Source: an uncultured Candidatus Rokubacteria bacterium (lineage in GTDB: Bacteria > Methylomirabilota > Methylomirabilia > Rokubacteriales > CSP1-6). Taken from it: 64,000 bases of DNA. Made by a program: the position numbers and the translations under genes. The stretch is taken from NCBI GenBank assembly GCA_963754315.1, contig CAVWFS010000013.1, positions 160,001-224,000 of the forward strand, read 5' to 3'. Below the pieces are notes generated by a model. The model was given only the letters and a program-made list of their open reading frames with translations. It did not search any database and was not told where the DNA came from. Positions 54,204 to 64,000 of the stretch are shown piece by piece. Positions within the stretch are counted from its first letter, which is position 1; every line of letters starts with the position of its first letter.

Positions 54204-54989
54204 ATGAGCGGGGGCGCCGCCGCGAACCTCTCCGATTTCTCGCTCGCCGGCCGGACCGCCCTCGTGACCGGCGCCGGTCAGGGCATCGGCCGCGCCCTCG
54301 CAGCGGGCCTCGGGAATGCGGGTGCCCGCGTGATCGTCACCGACATCGACGGTGCCGCCGCGGCCCGCGTCGCCGAGGAAGTGGTCAAGCTCGGCGCTCG
54401 TGCGGTGCCCCGTGCCCTCGACGTGGCGCGGCCGGACGACATCGAGGCGGCGGTGGCGTGGAGCGAGCGCGAATTCGGTCCGGTGGACGTGCTGGTCAAC
54501 AACGCGGGCGTTCGGGATGCGAGCATCGGGTCCTTCACGACGACGGTGGAGGACTGGGACCGCGTCTTCGCCATCAACGTTCGCGGCCCGTTCCTCCTTT
54601 GCCAGGCCGCTGCACGCCGGATGGCCGAGCGGGGCGGCGGAAGCATCGTGAGCATCGCCTCCCAGCTCGGGCTCGTCGGGATGGCGGGCCGGCCCGCCTA
54701 CACGGCGAGCAAGGGCGCCCTCATCAACCTCACAAAGACCCTCGCGCTCGAATGGGCCAAGCAGGGCATCCGCGTGAACGCGGTGGCGCCGGGGCCGATC
54801 CGGACGCCCCACACCGAACCGGCGCGCCGCGACCCGGCGACGAACGCGCGGTACCAGGACGCGACGCCGCTCGGCCCCTGGCCGGAGCCCGAAGAGGTCG
54901 TGGGGGCGGTGGTCTACCTCGCGTCGGCGGCGTCCCGCTTCGTGACGGGTCACGTGCTGGTAGTGGATGGCGGCTATACGGCTCACTGA
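54204..54989 (+). CDS. Short-chain dehydrogenase/reductase
   Basis: TGAGQGIG; NNAG; YTASK; IRVNAVAPG; VDGG. Confidence 0.92.
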   Translation: MSGGAAANLSDFSLAGRTALVTGAGQGIGRALAAGLGNAGARVIVTDIDGAAAARVAEEVVKLGARAVPRALDVARPDDIEAAVAWSEREFGPVDVLVNNAGVRDASIGSFTTTVEDWDRVFAINVRGPFLLCQAAARRMAERGGGSIVSIASQLGLVGMAGRPAYTASKGALINLTKTLALEWAKQGIRVNAVAPGPIRTPHTEPARRDPATNARYQDATPLGPWPEPEEVVGAVVYLASAASRFVTGHVLVVDGGYTAH

Positions 54990-55003
54990 AAGGCCGTAAG
55001 CGC

Positions 55004-56174
55004 ATGTCGGCGGCGACCACGAGCGATTTCGATCTCGAGTTCCGCCACGTCACCAAGGATTTCGGCGAGGTCCGCGCCGTCGACGATGCCACCTTCCAGG
55101 TCCGACGCGGGGAGTTCCTCTCGCTGCTCGGGCCGAGCGGCTGCGGCAAGACGACGACCCTCCGGATGATCGCCGGCTTCGACCAACCGAGCGCCGGCGA
55201 GATCTACCTCGCCGGCCGGCCGGTCGGCAAGACGCCGCCGTACCGGCGAAACGTCAACACCGTCTTCCAGCACTACGCGCTCTTCCCCCACAAGAACGTC
55301 TTCGACAACATTGCCTTCGGCCTCCGCATGAAGCGGCTGCCGTCGCTGGAGATCGGGGACCGCGTGGAGCGCATGCTCGCGCTCGTCGAGCTGCCGGGCA
55401 TCGCGCGACGCTTCCCGCACCAGCTATCCGGCGGCCAGCAGCAGCGGGTCGCGCTCGCGCGCGCCCTCGTCAACGAACCGACCGTGCTCCTCCTCGACGA
55501 GCCGCTGGGCGCCCTCGACCTGAAAGTCCGCCGCCGGATGCAGCAGGAGCTGAAGCGCATCCACCGCGAGGTCGGTGTGACGTTCGTCTACGTCACGCAT
55601 GACCAGGAGGAAGCGCTGACGATGTCGGACCGCATCGCCGTCATGAACCACGGTCGCATCGAGCAGCTCGAGACGCCGGCGGCGATCTACGAGTGCCCGG
55701 CGACGCGGTTCGTGGCGAGCTTCATCGGCCTGACCAACCTGCTGGGCGGCGTCGTCGAGGCACTGGAGGGCGCCGCCGTCGTCGTCCGCCTCGACGCTGG
55801 CGGTCGCGTGCGCGCAGTCGCACGGGAGGACGTGGCACCGGGGTCGGCGGTCGAGGTCGGGGTCCGGCCGGAGAAGATCGAGATGTCGCGCGAACCGCCG
55901 CGCGGTGCCGACAACTGCCTCGAAGGGCGGGTGGAGAGCTTCATCTACCAGGGTGTGACGACCGAGTACCAGGTCGCGCTGGCGTCCGGCCAGAAGGTGC
56001 GGGTGGTGGCGCAGAATGTCCAGGAGACGTGGCGCGCGGCGCTCGTCCCCGAGGGCAGCCGCGGTGTACGTGCACTGGACGAGTGGGGCGAGTCTCGTCC
56101 TGCGCGACGGCGCCGGCGCCGCCACGCTCGAGACGGGCGACGAGGACGAGCCCGTCGCCGCCAGCCGCGGGTAA
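55004..56174 (+). CDS. PotA-like ABC ATP-binding subunit (frameshift near 56060 in the TOBE domain)
   Basis: [35 protein letters not shown]; the shifted frame gives [14 protein letters not shown]...TAA at 56172-56174. Confidence 0.88.
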
Positions 56175-56189
56175 CGCGGCCATGACGAC

Positions 56190-57134
56190 ATGCGCGTGGC
56201 GATAGCGCGACGGGCTCCGGGGGACTGGCTCGCGGACGGCCGCACCGTCCGCCAGGACCTCCTCGCCGCCATGAACCACTGGTCCTGGGTCAAGATCGTC
56301 CTGTTCCTGCTGCCCGCCCTCCTTCTCCTCCTGATCTATCTCGTCATCCCGCTCGGCATGCTCGTCGTGATGTCGTTCTATCGCTCGACGATGTTCGGCG
56401 TGATTCCCGACTTCTCGTGGAACAACTACCTCCACTTCGTGCAGAATCCGATGTTCCCGAACCTGCTCGCGCGGTCGATCCGGATGGCCGTCACGGTGAC
56501 CTGCATCAGCCTCCTGGTCAGCTATCCCTTCGCATACTTCCTGGCGCGCGCGACGCGGCGGTACAAGACGGCGCTCCTGATCCTCGTGATGGTGCCGTTC
56601 TGGACGAGCTACCTGATCCGGACGATGAGCTGGCTTCCCATCCTCGGGATCAAGGGCATCGCGAACCACACCCTCCTCTCGCTCGGGCTCGTGAAGGCTC
56701 CGGTGGAGGCCTTCCTCTTCAATGAGTTCTCCGTGATCCTGACCTTGATCCACATCTATCTGCCCTACATGGTGGTGCCGATCTATCTCTCCCTCGATCG
56801 GCTCGACGGCCGACTGCTGGAAGCGGCCGGGGACCTCGGGGCGAACCCCCTCCGGACCTTCTGGCACGTGACGTTGCCCCTGAGCCTGCCGGGGGTGGTG
56901 GGCGGTATCGTCATGGTCTTCATCGCCGCCTTCGGTGCCTATGTCACGCCGAGGCTCCTTGGCGGCTCCTCCGGGATCATGTTCGGCAACGTGCTGGCCG
57001 ACCAGTACAGCGGCACCTTCAACTGGCCGTTCGGCGCCGTCCTCGCCCTCATCATGATCGGCGTGGTGCTGCTGCTCCTCGTGGTGGCCAGCCGCTTCAC
57101 CCGGCTCGACGCCGTGTTCGGGGCGCGCGCGTGA
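56190..57134 (+). CDS. PotB-like ABC permease
   Basis: VPFWTSYLIR; LEAAGDLGA (EAA motif); NWPFGA. Confidence 0.9.
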   Translation: MRVAIARRAPGDWLADGRTVRQDLLAAMNHWSWVKIVLFLLPALLLLLIYLVIPLGMLVVMSFYRSTMFGVIPDFSWNNYLHFVQNPMFPNLLARSIRMAVTVTCISLLVSYPFAYFLARATRRYKTALLILVMVPFWTSYLIRTMSWLPILGIKGIANHTLLSLGLVKAPVEAFLFNEFSVILTLIHIYLPYMVVPIYLSLDRLDGRLLEAAGDLGANPLRTFWHVTLPLSLPGVVGGIVMVFIAAFGAYVTPRLLGGSSGIMFGNVLADQYSGTFNWPFGAVLALIMIGVVLLLLVVASRFTRLDAVFGARA

Positions 57135-57910
57135 CCGGGCGGCGCGCGACCTGGTTCCTGAGGCTCTACGGAGGAGCGGTCTACGTTTTTCTCTACACGC
57201 CGATCGCCATGCTCGTGCTCCTGTCCTTCAACAACAGCAACGCCATCACCCTGCCGTGGGGCGGATTCACCCTGCGCTGGTATCGGGCGCTCGCCGAGAA
57301 CCAGTCGCTGTTCGTCTCCCTGAAGAACAGCCTCACCCTCGGCCTCACCACCGCCGTGCTCGCGACCGTCATCGGTGCCCTCGCGGCGTTCGCCTTTCGC
57401 CATCGCTTCCGCGGTCAGGTCGGCGTCATGCGGATGCTGCTCCTGCCGTTCGTGATCCCGGGCCTGACCATCGGGGTGGCCCTTCTCCTCCTGTTCCATG
57501 CCCTCGGCGTGCGGCCGGGACTCCTCACGACGACCCTGGTGGCCCACGTTGGCTTCACCCTGCCCTACGTGTTCGTCCTCATCTCGACGCGGCTGCATCG
57601 ATTCGACGAGTCACTCGAGGAAGCGGCCATGGACCTCGGGGCCGACGAGCTCGCCACGTTCTGGCACGTGACCTTCCCGTTGATCCGACCGGGAATCATC
57701 GGGAGCGCGCTCTTCGCCTTCACCTTGTCGTTCGACGAGTTCATCCGGACGTTGTTCACGATCGGCAACGACAACACCCTGCCGATCCAGATCTGGTCGA
57801 TGCTGGGCTCGATGGTGAGCCCGGAGCTGAACGCCATCGCCACCCTCATCGTCGCGGCCTCCATCGCCCTCGTCGTGCTCGGCGAGGTGTTTCGAGGCCG
57901 CGAGCGCTGA
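57131..57910 (+). CDS. PotC-like ABC permease
   Basis: FTLRWY; LEEAAMDLGA; FTLSFDEF; TLPIQIW. Confidence 0.9.
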   Translation: MTGRRATWFLRLYGGAVYVFLYTPIAMLVLLSFNNSNAITLPWGGFTLRWYRALAENQSLFVSLKNSLTLGLTTAVLATVIGALAAFAFRHRFRGQVGVMRMLLLPFVIPGLTIGVALLLLFHALGVRPGLLTTTLVAHVGFTLPYVFVLISTRLHRFDESLEEAAMDLGADELATFWHVTFPLIRPGIIGSALFAFTLSFDEFIRTLFTIGNDNTLPIQIWSMLGSMVSPELNAIATLIVAASIALVVLGEVFRGRER

Positions 57911-57929
57911 CCGCGAGGAGGAACCCCCA

Positions 57930-59042
57930 ATGCCGACTCGGGACGGGAATCAGACGCGGCGAGGCTTCATGGGAACCGTCGGGCGAGGCGGGCTTGCCGC
58001 CTCCCTCATGGGCGGCGGCGTGCTCGGGCCGTGGGGCGCCGCCAACGTGGCCGCCCAGGCCCTCCCGGGGCCGCTCCGCATCCACGGCAACCCCGTCGCC
58101 ACCCGCGACAAGGACATGAAGGTGTTCAAGGACCAGGCCAAGGTGGATCTGCAGATCCAGCTCTCGGTGACCCACACCGAGACGGTGACCCGGATCTACT
58201 CGGGCGCCACGAAGCAGTTCGACCTGTTCACCCTCCAGCATCCGTTCATCAAGAAGCTGGCGCGGGACCGCATGATCCTGCCCATCGACGAGAGCAAGAT
58301 CCCGAACATCGACAACCTCTACGACCACGTGCGCCGGCCCGACTGGGGCATGCACGAGGGCCGTCTCTACGCCGTCAACTATCTCTGGGGCTACGACTCG
58401 GTGGTCTACAACCAGAAGCACATCCCGACCGTCGATAGCTGGGGCGTGCTCTTCGAGGACACGTACCGCGGGCGTGTGGCCTGGCGCGACGACCCGCTCC
58501 AGATGATCCTGACCGCCGCCCTGTACATGCAGAAGTTCCGCGACCCCAACAATCTCTCGGAGGCGGACCTCGTCGAGGTGAAGAAGTTCCTGATTTCGCG
58601 GAAGAAGAACATCCGCACGATGTGGACCACGTACGCGGAGGCGGTCAACCTCCTGCGCAGCGAGGAGGTGCACGCGCTGTGGGGGTGGCTGCCGATGGCG
58701 ACGTCGCTGCGGAAGGAGGGCATGGCGACCGCCTACGCGCTCCCCAAGGAAAAGCCCATCATGTGGTTCACAAACTACATCGTCTCCAAGGACAGCCCGG
58801 TCCAGCCGACGGTGTGGGCCTTCCTGAACTATTGTCTGGGCGACCAGTTCACGATGTCGCTGACGAACGACTTCGACTACCGCATGGGCTCGAGCCGGCA
58901 GCTCAAGCTGTTGCCGCCGGAGCGGATCAAGCAGATCGGCCTCGACAACATCCCCGAGCTCGTGCGGAGCAGCTTCACGTACCTGCTGCCCGACCGTCTC
59001 GACAAATACGTCGAGGCCTGGGCCGAGGTGAAGGCGGCGTGA
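57930..59042 (+). CDS. PotD/PotF-like extracellular solute-binding protein 1 (Tat)
   Basis: TRRGFM; YAVNYLWG.DSVVYN; SWGVLF..YRGRV; PKE; WAEVKAA. Confidence 0.85.
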   Translation: MPTRDGNQTRRGFMGTVGRGGLAASLMGGGVLGPWGAANVAAQALPGPLRIHGNPVATRDKDMKVFKDQAKVDLQIQLSVTHTETVTRIYSGATKQFDLFTLQHPFIKKLARDRMILPIDESKIPNIDNLYDHVRRPDWGMHEGRLYAVNYLWGYDSVVYNQKHIPTVDSWGVLFEDTYRGRVAWRDDPLQMILTAALYMQKFRDPNNLSEADLVEVKKFLISRKKNIRTMWTTYAEAVNLLRSEEVHALWGWLPMATSLRKEGMATAYALPKEKPIMWFTNYIVSKDSPVQPTVWAFLNYCLGDQFTMSLTNDFDYRMGSSRQLKLLPPERIKQIGLDNIPELVRSSFTYLLPDRLDKYVEAWAEVKAA

Positions 59043-59071
59043 CCCCGATTCGTCGAGAAAGGAGTCTATCG

Positions 59072-60145
59072 ATGGCATCCCCAATGACACGGCGTGAGTT
59101 CCTGGCGGTGACGGGTGGCGCGGCGGCGCTCGCGCCGTTCATGGACGGTCCCGCCTTCGCAGCCCCCACGGGACCGCTGCGGCTCTTCACGGTCGCGGTG
59201 GCCGGACGGGACCAGGAGATCAACGAGGCCAGGAAGGACCTCGGCCTCGACATCAAGGTCACGTTCAACGTGGCCCACACCGAGACGTTCGCCAAGCTGA
59301 ACGCGGGCGTGCTCTCCCCCCAGCAGGACCTTCTCCACATCCAGCAGCCGTTCGTGCGGCCACTCGCGCAGCGGAAATGGATCCAGCCCATCGACCCCGC
59401 GCAGCTCAAGAACCACGGCCGGATGCTCGAGCAGTTCAAGAATCCGGAATGGGCGCAGCTCGACGGCAAGCTCTACGCCGTGCCCTACTTCTGGGGTTAC
59501 GACTCGATCGTCTACAACGCCAAGCACATGCCGGACGGCGGGGAAACGTGGGGTCGGCTGTGGGACGACCGCTACAAGGGACGCCTCTCGCTGCGCGACG
59601 ACGCCCTCTCGAGCTTCCAGCCGGTGGCGCTCTTCCTCGGCCACAATCCCAACCGGATGACCAAGGCGCAGCTCGACGACTGCAAGAAGTTCCTCATCTC
59701 CAAGAAGCGCCACTTCCGCCAGCTGTGGGGCACCTATGCGGAAGCGGTGAACCTGCTCCGCAGCGAGGAGGTGTGGGCGCTATGGGGCTGGCTCCCGATG
59801 GTGACCTCACTGCGCAAGGACGGGATGGACATCCGCTACGGCCTGCCCAAGGAACGCGCCATCGCCTGGTTCTCGAACTACGTCATCTCCAAAGACACCA
59901 AGGTGCTTCCCGCCTGCTATGCCTACATCGACTGGGTGCTCGACGAGAAGTTCGCGACCGCGATGGCCAAGGACTTCGGCTACCGCATGACCACCACCGC
60001 GCACATGAAGAACCTCACGCCGGCCGAGATCAAGGACATGCAGCTCGACGACGTCCAGGGCCTCATCAACAAGCTCTTCATCCAGGAGCTACCCGAGAAC
60101 CTCAACGAATGGGTCCAGGCCTGGAGCGAGTTCAAGAGCGCGTAG
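59072..60145 (+). CDS. PotD/PotF-like extracellular solute-binding protein 2 (Tat)
   Basis: AAAGGAG RBS; MTRREFL; YAVPYFWGYDSIVYN; WSEFKSA; paralog of the preceding gene. Confidence 0.85.
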   Translation: MASPMTRREFLAVTGGAAALAPFMDGPAFAAPTGPLRLFTVAVAGRDQEINEARKDLGLDIKVTFNVAHTETFAKLNAGVLSPQQDLLHIQQPFVRPLAQRKWIQPIDPAQLKNHGRMLEQFKNPEWAQLDGKLYAVPYFWGYDSIVYNAKHMPDGGETWGRLWDDRYKGRLSLRDDALSSFQPVALFLGHNPNRMTKAQLDDCKKFLISKKRHFRQLWGTYAEAVNLLRSEEVWALWGWLPMVTSLRKDGMDIRYGLPKERAIAWFSNYVISKDTKVLPACYAYIDWVLDEKFATAMAKDFGYRMTTTAHMKNLTPAEIKDMQLDDVQGLINKLFIQELPENLNEWVQAWSEFKSA

Positions 60146-60290
60146 GCCCGACGGTTACGCCTTGCAGGCTCACAATCACGAGCACCTCGCCGTCTCGAGG
60201 GCCTCCAGGGTCTGCCGGACTGGCGGATGGAATTCCTTTCCATAAGCAGTCCTCAACTCCTGGCACGCCGCGCCGCCCCGATCATGGTCA

Positions 60291-60995
60291 TCACACCGAC
60301 TTCCGGCGCACGCGGTCGGACTCAGGGCCGCCCCACAGCTTGTCGTCGGCCGCCACCGCGTCGCGCCTCTCGTCCGCGGCCACCGCGCGCATGACTTCCC
60401 CCGCCATCTCCTCATACCAGCGGGCCACTTCCTCCGGATAGTCCGCGTAGCTCCCCAGCTCCTTGAGGATGGGCCCCTCGACGGTGGGAATGTCGTGCTC
60501 GCCGTCGAACTCCCGCGCGTAGGGCCGTCCCTTGGCGCGGGCAAAGGCACCGTGGATGGTGGCGTCCAGGCGCAGCCACTTGCCGTCGAGGTACGCCTCG
60601 CCCAGCGAGTGCCAGGGTAGCTTGCGATCGCCCCAGAGCTGGCGCACCTCCTCGGACATGAAGGGCTTGTCGGGGCAGTCGAGCTGCTGGAAGCCGATGC
60701 GGGCTGGAATGCCCGCCGCCCGGCAGAGAGCCGCGAAGGAGCTCGCCTTGCCCATGCAGAAGGCGTGGCCCGCGCGCACGACGTCGCTCGCCTTGCGCTT
60801 GCCCTCCGCGAGATCGCGGAAGGCGGCCAGGATGTCGTAGGGCATCTCTCGCACGAAGTAGTAGATGCGCTCGAGCTTCTCCTTGTCGGAGGTGCAGCCC
60901 CGGACGAGCTCGCGCGCCTTGGCCACGATGTCGGGGCTGTCGGAGTCGATGTAGGCGGTCGGCTTCAGGAACTCGTCGAGCTTCTCGTCACTCAC
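60291..60995 (-). CDS. Transglutaminase-like cysteine protein
   Basis: IDSDSP; IYYFVRE; FCMGKA..FAALCRAAGIPAR; WH...EAYLDGKW..LDAT (C-H-D triad). Confidence 0.85.
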   Translation of the reverse strand: MSDEKLDEFLKPTAYIDSDSPDIVAKARELVRGCTSDKEKLERIYYFVREMPYDILAAFRDLAEGKRKASDVVRAGHAFCMGKASSFAALCRAAGIPARIGFQQLDCPDKPFMSEEVRQLWGDRKLPWHSLGEAYLDGKWLRLDATIHGAFARAKGRPYAREFDGEHDIPTVEGPILKELGSYADYPEEVARWYEEMAGEVMRAVAADERRDAVAADDKLWGGPESDRVRRKSV

Positions 60996-61028
60996 GGGCC
61001 TCTCCTTTGCGACGTACCGTCAGGTGGT

Positions 61029-62042
61029 TCAGCGCCGGGCCAGCTCGTCCCGCAGGGCGGGCAGGACCTCGCGGCCGGCCAGCTCGAGCGAGCGGCTCGC
61101 CGCCACGTCGGGAATGGTGAAGAGGAAATGGCGAACGCCCCCCTCGATGTACTGCCGGATGCGGGCGATGCACTGCGCGGGGGTGCCCGCGATGTGCCCG
61201 GTGGCCGGAATGGCGCCGAACCGCGCCCGCACCGCCTCCACGCGCGACGTATCGTGGTCGACGATGAGGAGGGCGGTCACCGAGCGCTGCAGGGCGCCGG
61301 GATCACGACCGAACTCGCGGCAGGCTTTCTCGAGGAAAGCCGCCCGCGCGGCGATGCGCTCTGGCGCCCACCACCGCACGTTCACGCCGTCCGCGGCCCG
61401 CGCGGCCACCCGGTGCACCTTGTCGCCCTCGCCACCGATCCAGAGGGGCGGATGCGGCCGCTGGAGGGGCGGCGGATCGCAGAAGGCGTCCTCGATGCTG
61501 TAGTGCCGGCCCCTGAAGGTCGGATTGGGCTCAGTCCACATGCGCCGGATGACCTCGATACCCTCGTCGAGCTGCGCGATGCGCTCGCTGATGGGAGGAA
61601 ACGGGATGCCGTAGGCGCGGTACTCCTTCTCGAACCAGCCCGCCCCCAGCCCGAGCTCCAGCCGTCCCCCGCTGATGACGTCGAGTGTGGCCGCCATCTT
61701 GGCGAGGATGGATGGCAGGCGATAAGAGTTGCAGAGAACGCTGGTGCCCAGGCGCAGCCGCCGCGTGTCGCGCGCCAGGGCCGACAGGGTCGTCCAGCAC
61801 TCGAGGAGCGGCATCGAGCGGGCCGCGTCCCCGGCCGAAGGTTTCCTCTCGCCGGCACGGATCCCTGCGTCCTCCACGTAGGCGTCAGGAGCGAGCGTCA
61901 GGAAATGGTCGCAGAGCCAGATCGAGTCGAATCCGAACTCCTCGGCGGCGGCCGCCACGCGTCGCATCTCGTCGTAGGAGGCGACGGCCAGTCCCCGGAT
62001 GGTGAGGGCGAGGATGAGCCCGAAATGATGGGCGGGAGTCAT
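61029..62042 (-). CDS. LLM-class oxidoreductase (possibly F420-dependent)
   Basis: GFDSIWLCDH; LAKMAATLDVISGGRLELGLGAGW; PPLWIGG. Confidence 0.88.
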   Translation of the reverse strand: MTPAHHFGLILALTIRGLAVASYDEMRRVAAAAEEFGFDSIWLCDHFLTLAPDAYVEDAGIRAGERKPSAGDAARSMPLLECWTTLSALARDTRRLRLGTSVLCNSYRLPSILAKMAATLDVISGGRLELGLGAGWFEKEYRAYGIPFPPISERIAQLDEGIEVIRRMWTEPNPTFRGRHYSIEDAFCDPPPLQRPHPPLWIGGEGDKVHRVAARAADGVNVRWWAPERIAARAAFLEKACREFGRDPGALQRSVTALLIVDHDTSRVEAVRARFGAIPATGHIAGTPAQCIARIRQYIEGGVRHFLFTIPDVAASRSLELAGREVLPALRDELARR

Positions 62043-62052
62043 GGCGTCCGGC

Positions 62053-62544
62053 CTAGGCCGGGGCGATCGTTGTCACCGTTCCATTCGAACCCCGATACTT
62101 GAGCACGCCATCCTCGACGTACAAAATCCCTCCGCCAGCGGGATTGACCGATGGCGCGACGGAGGCATTAGCGATCGCGATCACCCCTTGCCCTCCCCCA
62201 AACTGGCTCGTTGTCCCGATTCCGATGTTGCCGCCCGCTGCTTTCCGCTGAAACACGACGAGAGTCTCGAAGGCAGTATCGCTCGCGTTGCGGCCATTGA
62301 TCTGTAGCTTGTCAGATTGAACGGCAATCTCATACTTCCCCGCCGGAGCGGCCTGATCGGTCTCGATAAACTCGATGTCGGGATTAGGATCATCGATCCT
62401 GATCGAGGCCGCGCCCCCACGGCAACCTGCTTGCCTGATACGCAACGCGGGTTGGTTATACTCCGGGTTTGTCGCAGTCACCTCCAGAACCGCCGATGCA
62501 GAGTCAAGGGCGCCCTCATTCGATGTGATCGAAACTGTCGCCAT
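62053..62544 (-). CDS. Hypothetical beta-rich protein resembling phage tail-fibre/hyaluronidase-like segments
   Basis: GGAGG RBS; GNIGIGTT; NPAGGGILYVEDGVLKYRGSNGTVTTIAPA. Confidence 0.5.
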   Translation of the reverse strand: MATVSITSNEGALDSASAVLEVTATNPEYNQPALRIRQAGCRGGAASIRIDDPNPDIEFIETDQAAPAGKYEIAVQSDKLQINGRNASDTAFETLVVFQRKAAGGNIGIGTTSQFGGGQGVIAIANASVAPSVNPAGGGILYVEDGVLKYRGSNGTVTTIAPA

Positions 62545-64000
62545 CGTATTCCTCCGGCAAGTCGATGTGTCGTCCTGGAGACTACGGTGTGCGCTGCACT
62601 ACGCCTGAGACGTCGACATGCCGATTTCTTTTCCTCAGGAGAGTCCGAATGCCTCTCACCGTTTTCTTCAAGCCGTGGATTGACCGACGGTCGAGTCAAT
62701 TGCAACGTCTCTTGCTGGGCTAACTGTCGAAGCTGCTCCAGAAGTCTGACCAGGCTCCACGTGTCCTGGCCGCAATAGCGGCGTAAGTCGCCCCGGAGTC
62801 GTTCCCTCGCTTCTGGCTCCATTTCGCAACCCTGGAAGAGCAGCCGTTCCAGCTCGAGACTCGCCAGCCTGCCATCGGCGATGGCCAGCTCGTCATACCG
62901 CACGTCGGGCAGGAGCGCGGGAACCACGCTCTTCAGGCTGAAGCTCCCGCCAAACTCCGGATGGTAGACGTGCTGACGCACGACCGGCAGCAGGTCGACC
63001 AGGCGCGCCGCGATGCTCCGCAACGGCGTCGCCAAGGCTGGCAGTACCTCCGCCATCTGCTCCAGGCAGCGGCGCTCGAAGTCCGCATTGTAGGCGACGA
63101 CGGTGCGCGCCGATTCGCAGGCCTTCACGAGTCGCTCGGCGAGCCGAGGCCGCGGATCCTCAGGCCCTTCGGCCAGCCACTCGTGGTGCGCGAGTCGTCC
63201 GTCAGCCTCCTGAACGTGGCAGCTGAACTGGACCGGCACCGCGTCATAGGGGTGGCACCCCTGCCACACCGGCACCGCAAGACCCACCGCCTCGAAATCG
63301 AGGAATGCGAGCGGCGGCGCGAAGCTCTCGAGCGCTTGCGCGAGCGTGGGCTCCACGACGATCCGGCCTTCCTGCACCGCCCGGCGCTGCCGGTGCTGGA
63401 TCGGCCCGAGCGGCACGTCTTCGGGCAGGTCGTGGATCGTCTGATAGCCCTGCTCGTCAAGCTCCTGGGCCCGGCTTCGAATCGCGTAGAGGGTGCTCAC
63501 GTGGTGGGGCGGAAGGGTCGGCCAGCAGCGGGCCATGAAGGGGCACTCGTAGGGCGACGTGCAATGCGGCCCGATCGCCACCTCGGGGACCGGCCCCTGG
63601 AGAGCCTCGACCTGCTGGGCAAGCCACCGCGGCACGCTCGCCTCGGCGGCCCGCACCGCCTCCGTCACGTCGGCACGGACGAAGAGGTTCGAGAGGTCCG
63701 GATAGGTGCACTCGCGGTTGAGGTGCATCACCTCGGTGCCGGTGAGCTCGAGGCCGCTGCGTCGCAGGACGTGCGCCTGCACGGCCACGTCGGGAATGTG
63801 GTGCTCCTTCACCGACGCGCTCGACTTCACCTCGACGAGGCGAAACCCGCGGTCATCCCGCGCGAGGATATCCACCGCGACGAAGACGCCGTCCGCCCGG
63901 AAGGCGGCCTCGTACACCGCCGGCGCACCTTCGTCGATCGCCCGCCGGGTGAGGGCGATGCGCTCGGCGTAGGCGCCGTACGGGAGGTCGATGACGAGCC
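62478..64000 (-). CDS. DUF2779-like protein: PD-(D/E)XK nuclease plus RNase H-like domain (5' truncated by the window)
   Basis: YEAAF...VDIL...VEVKSS..DVAVQ; C..PYECPF...C; FLDFEA; PVQFS; YNADFE; VDL; SFSLKSV; YCGQDT. Confidence 0.75.
   Translation of the reverse strand, partial: LVIDLPYGAYAERIALTRRAIDEGAPAVYEAAFRADGVFVAVDILARDDRGFRLVEVKSSASVKEHHIPDVAVQAHVLRRSGLELTGTEVMHLNRECTYPDLSNLFVRADVTEAVRAAEASVPRWLAQQVEALQGPVPEVAIGPHCTSPYECPFMARCWPTLPPHHVSTLYAIRSRAQELDEQGYQTIHDLPEDVPLGPIQHRQRRAVQEGRIVVEPTLAQALESFAPPLAFLDFEAVGLAVPVWQGCHPYDAVPVQFSCHVQEADGRLAHHEWLAEGPEDPRPRLAERLVKACESARTVVAYNADFERRCLEQMAEVLPALATPLRSIAARLVDLLPVVRQHVYHPEFGGSFSLKSVVPALLPDVRYDELAIADGRLASLELERLLFQGCEMEPEARERLRGDLRRYCGQDTWSLVRLLEQLRQLAQQETLQLTRPSVNPRLEENGERHSDSPEEKKSACRRLRRSAAHTVVSRTTHRLAGGIRWRQFRSHRMRAPLTLHRRFWR

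Overview
High-GC bacterial DNA. A soil Candidatus Rokubacteria/Methylomirabilota-type origin is inferred from gene-family style only. I saw no rRNA, tRNA, CRISPR array, transposase, integrase or prophage. From left to right: an amidase end; a wHTH-AAA-TPR regulator; a MarR/RND efflux operon; an AsfAB-like flavoprotein/ferredoxin pair; a ~15 kb general-stress block (Bfr/DpsL-like protein, a coupled PIG-L deacetylase/NodS-like methyltransferase/GT2/acyl-CoA-dehydrogenase-like cassette, isochorismatase, YtxH-like protein, large-subunit catalase, holin-family membrane protein, ferritin-like protein, DUF1003, PAS-PAS hybrid kinase); a ~15 kb glycan cluster whose product I cannot assign (two intact and one degraded paralogous GT-B glycosyltransferases, a GH-A/GT2 fusion, ABC exporter, epimerase, methyltransferase, GT39/ArnT-like enzyme, BacA/YddA-like ABC protein); then mixed accessory genes (tandem PGDYG-like secreted protein, cyclase, LLM oxidoreductases, Cpo, TPR protein, Pot-type ABC importer with two Tat binding proteins, transglutaminase-like protein, tail-fibre-like orphan, DUF2779-like nuclease). 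Reading the intergenic DNA showed sigma54-type GG-N10-GC promoters in front of most stress-block and glycan-cluster units, which suggests one shared regulon. Many genes carry small frameshifts, several at short homopolymers. These are probably long-read consensus errors, so pseudogene calls are provisional. All family assignments come from motif recognition by eye, not database searches.
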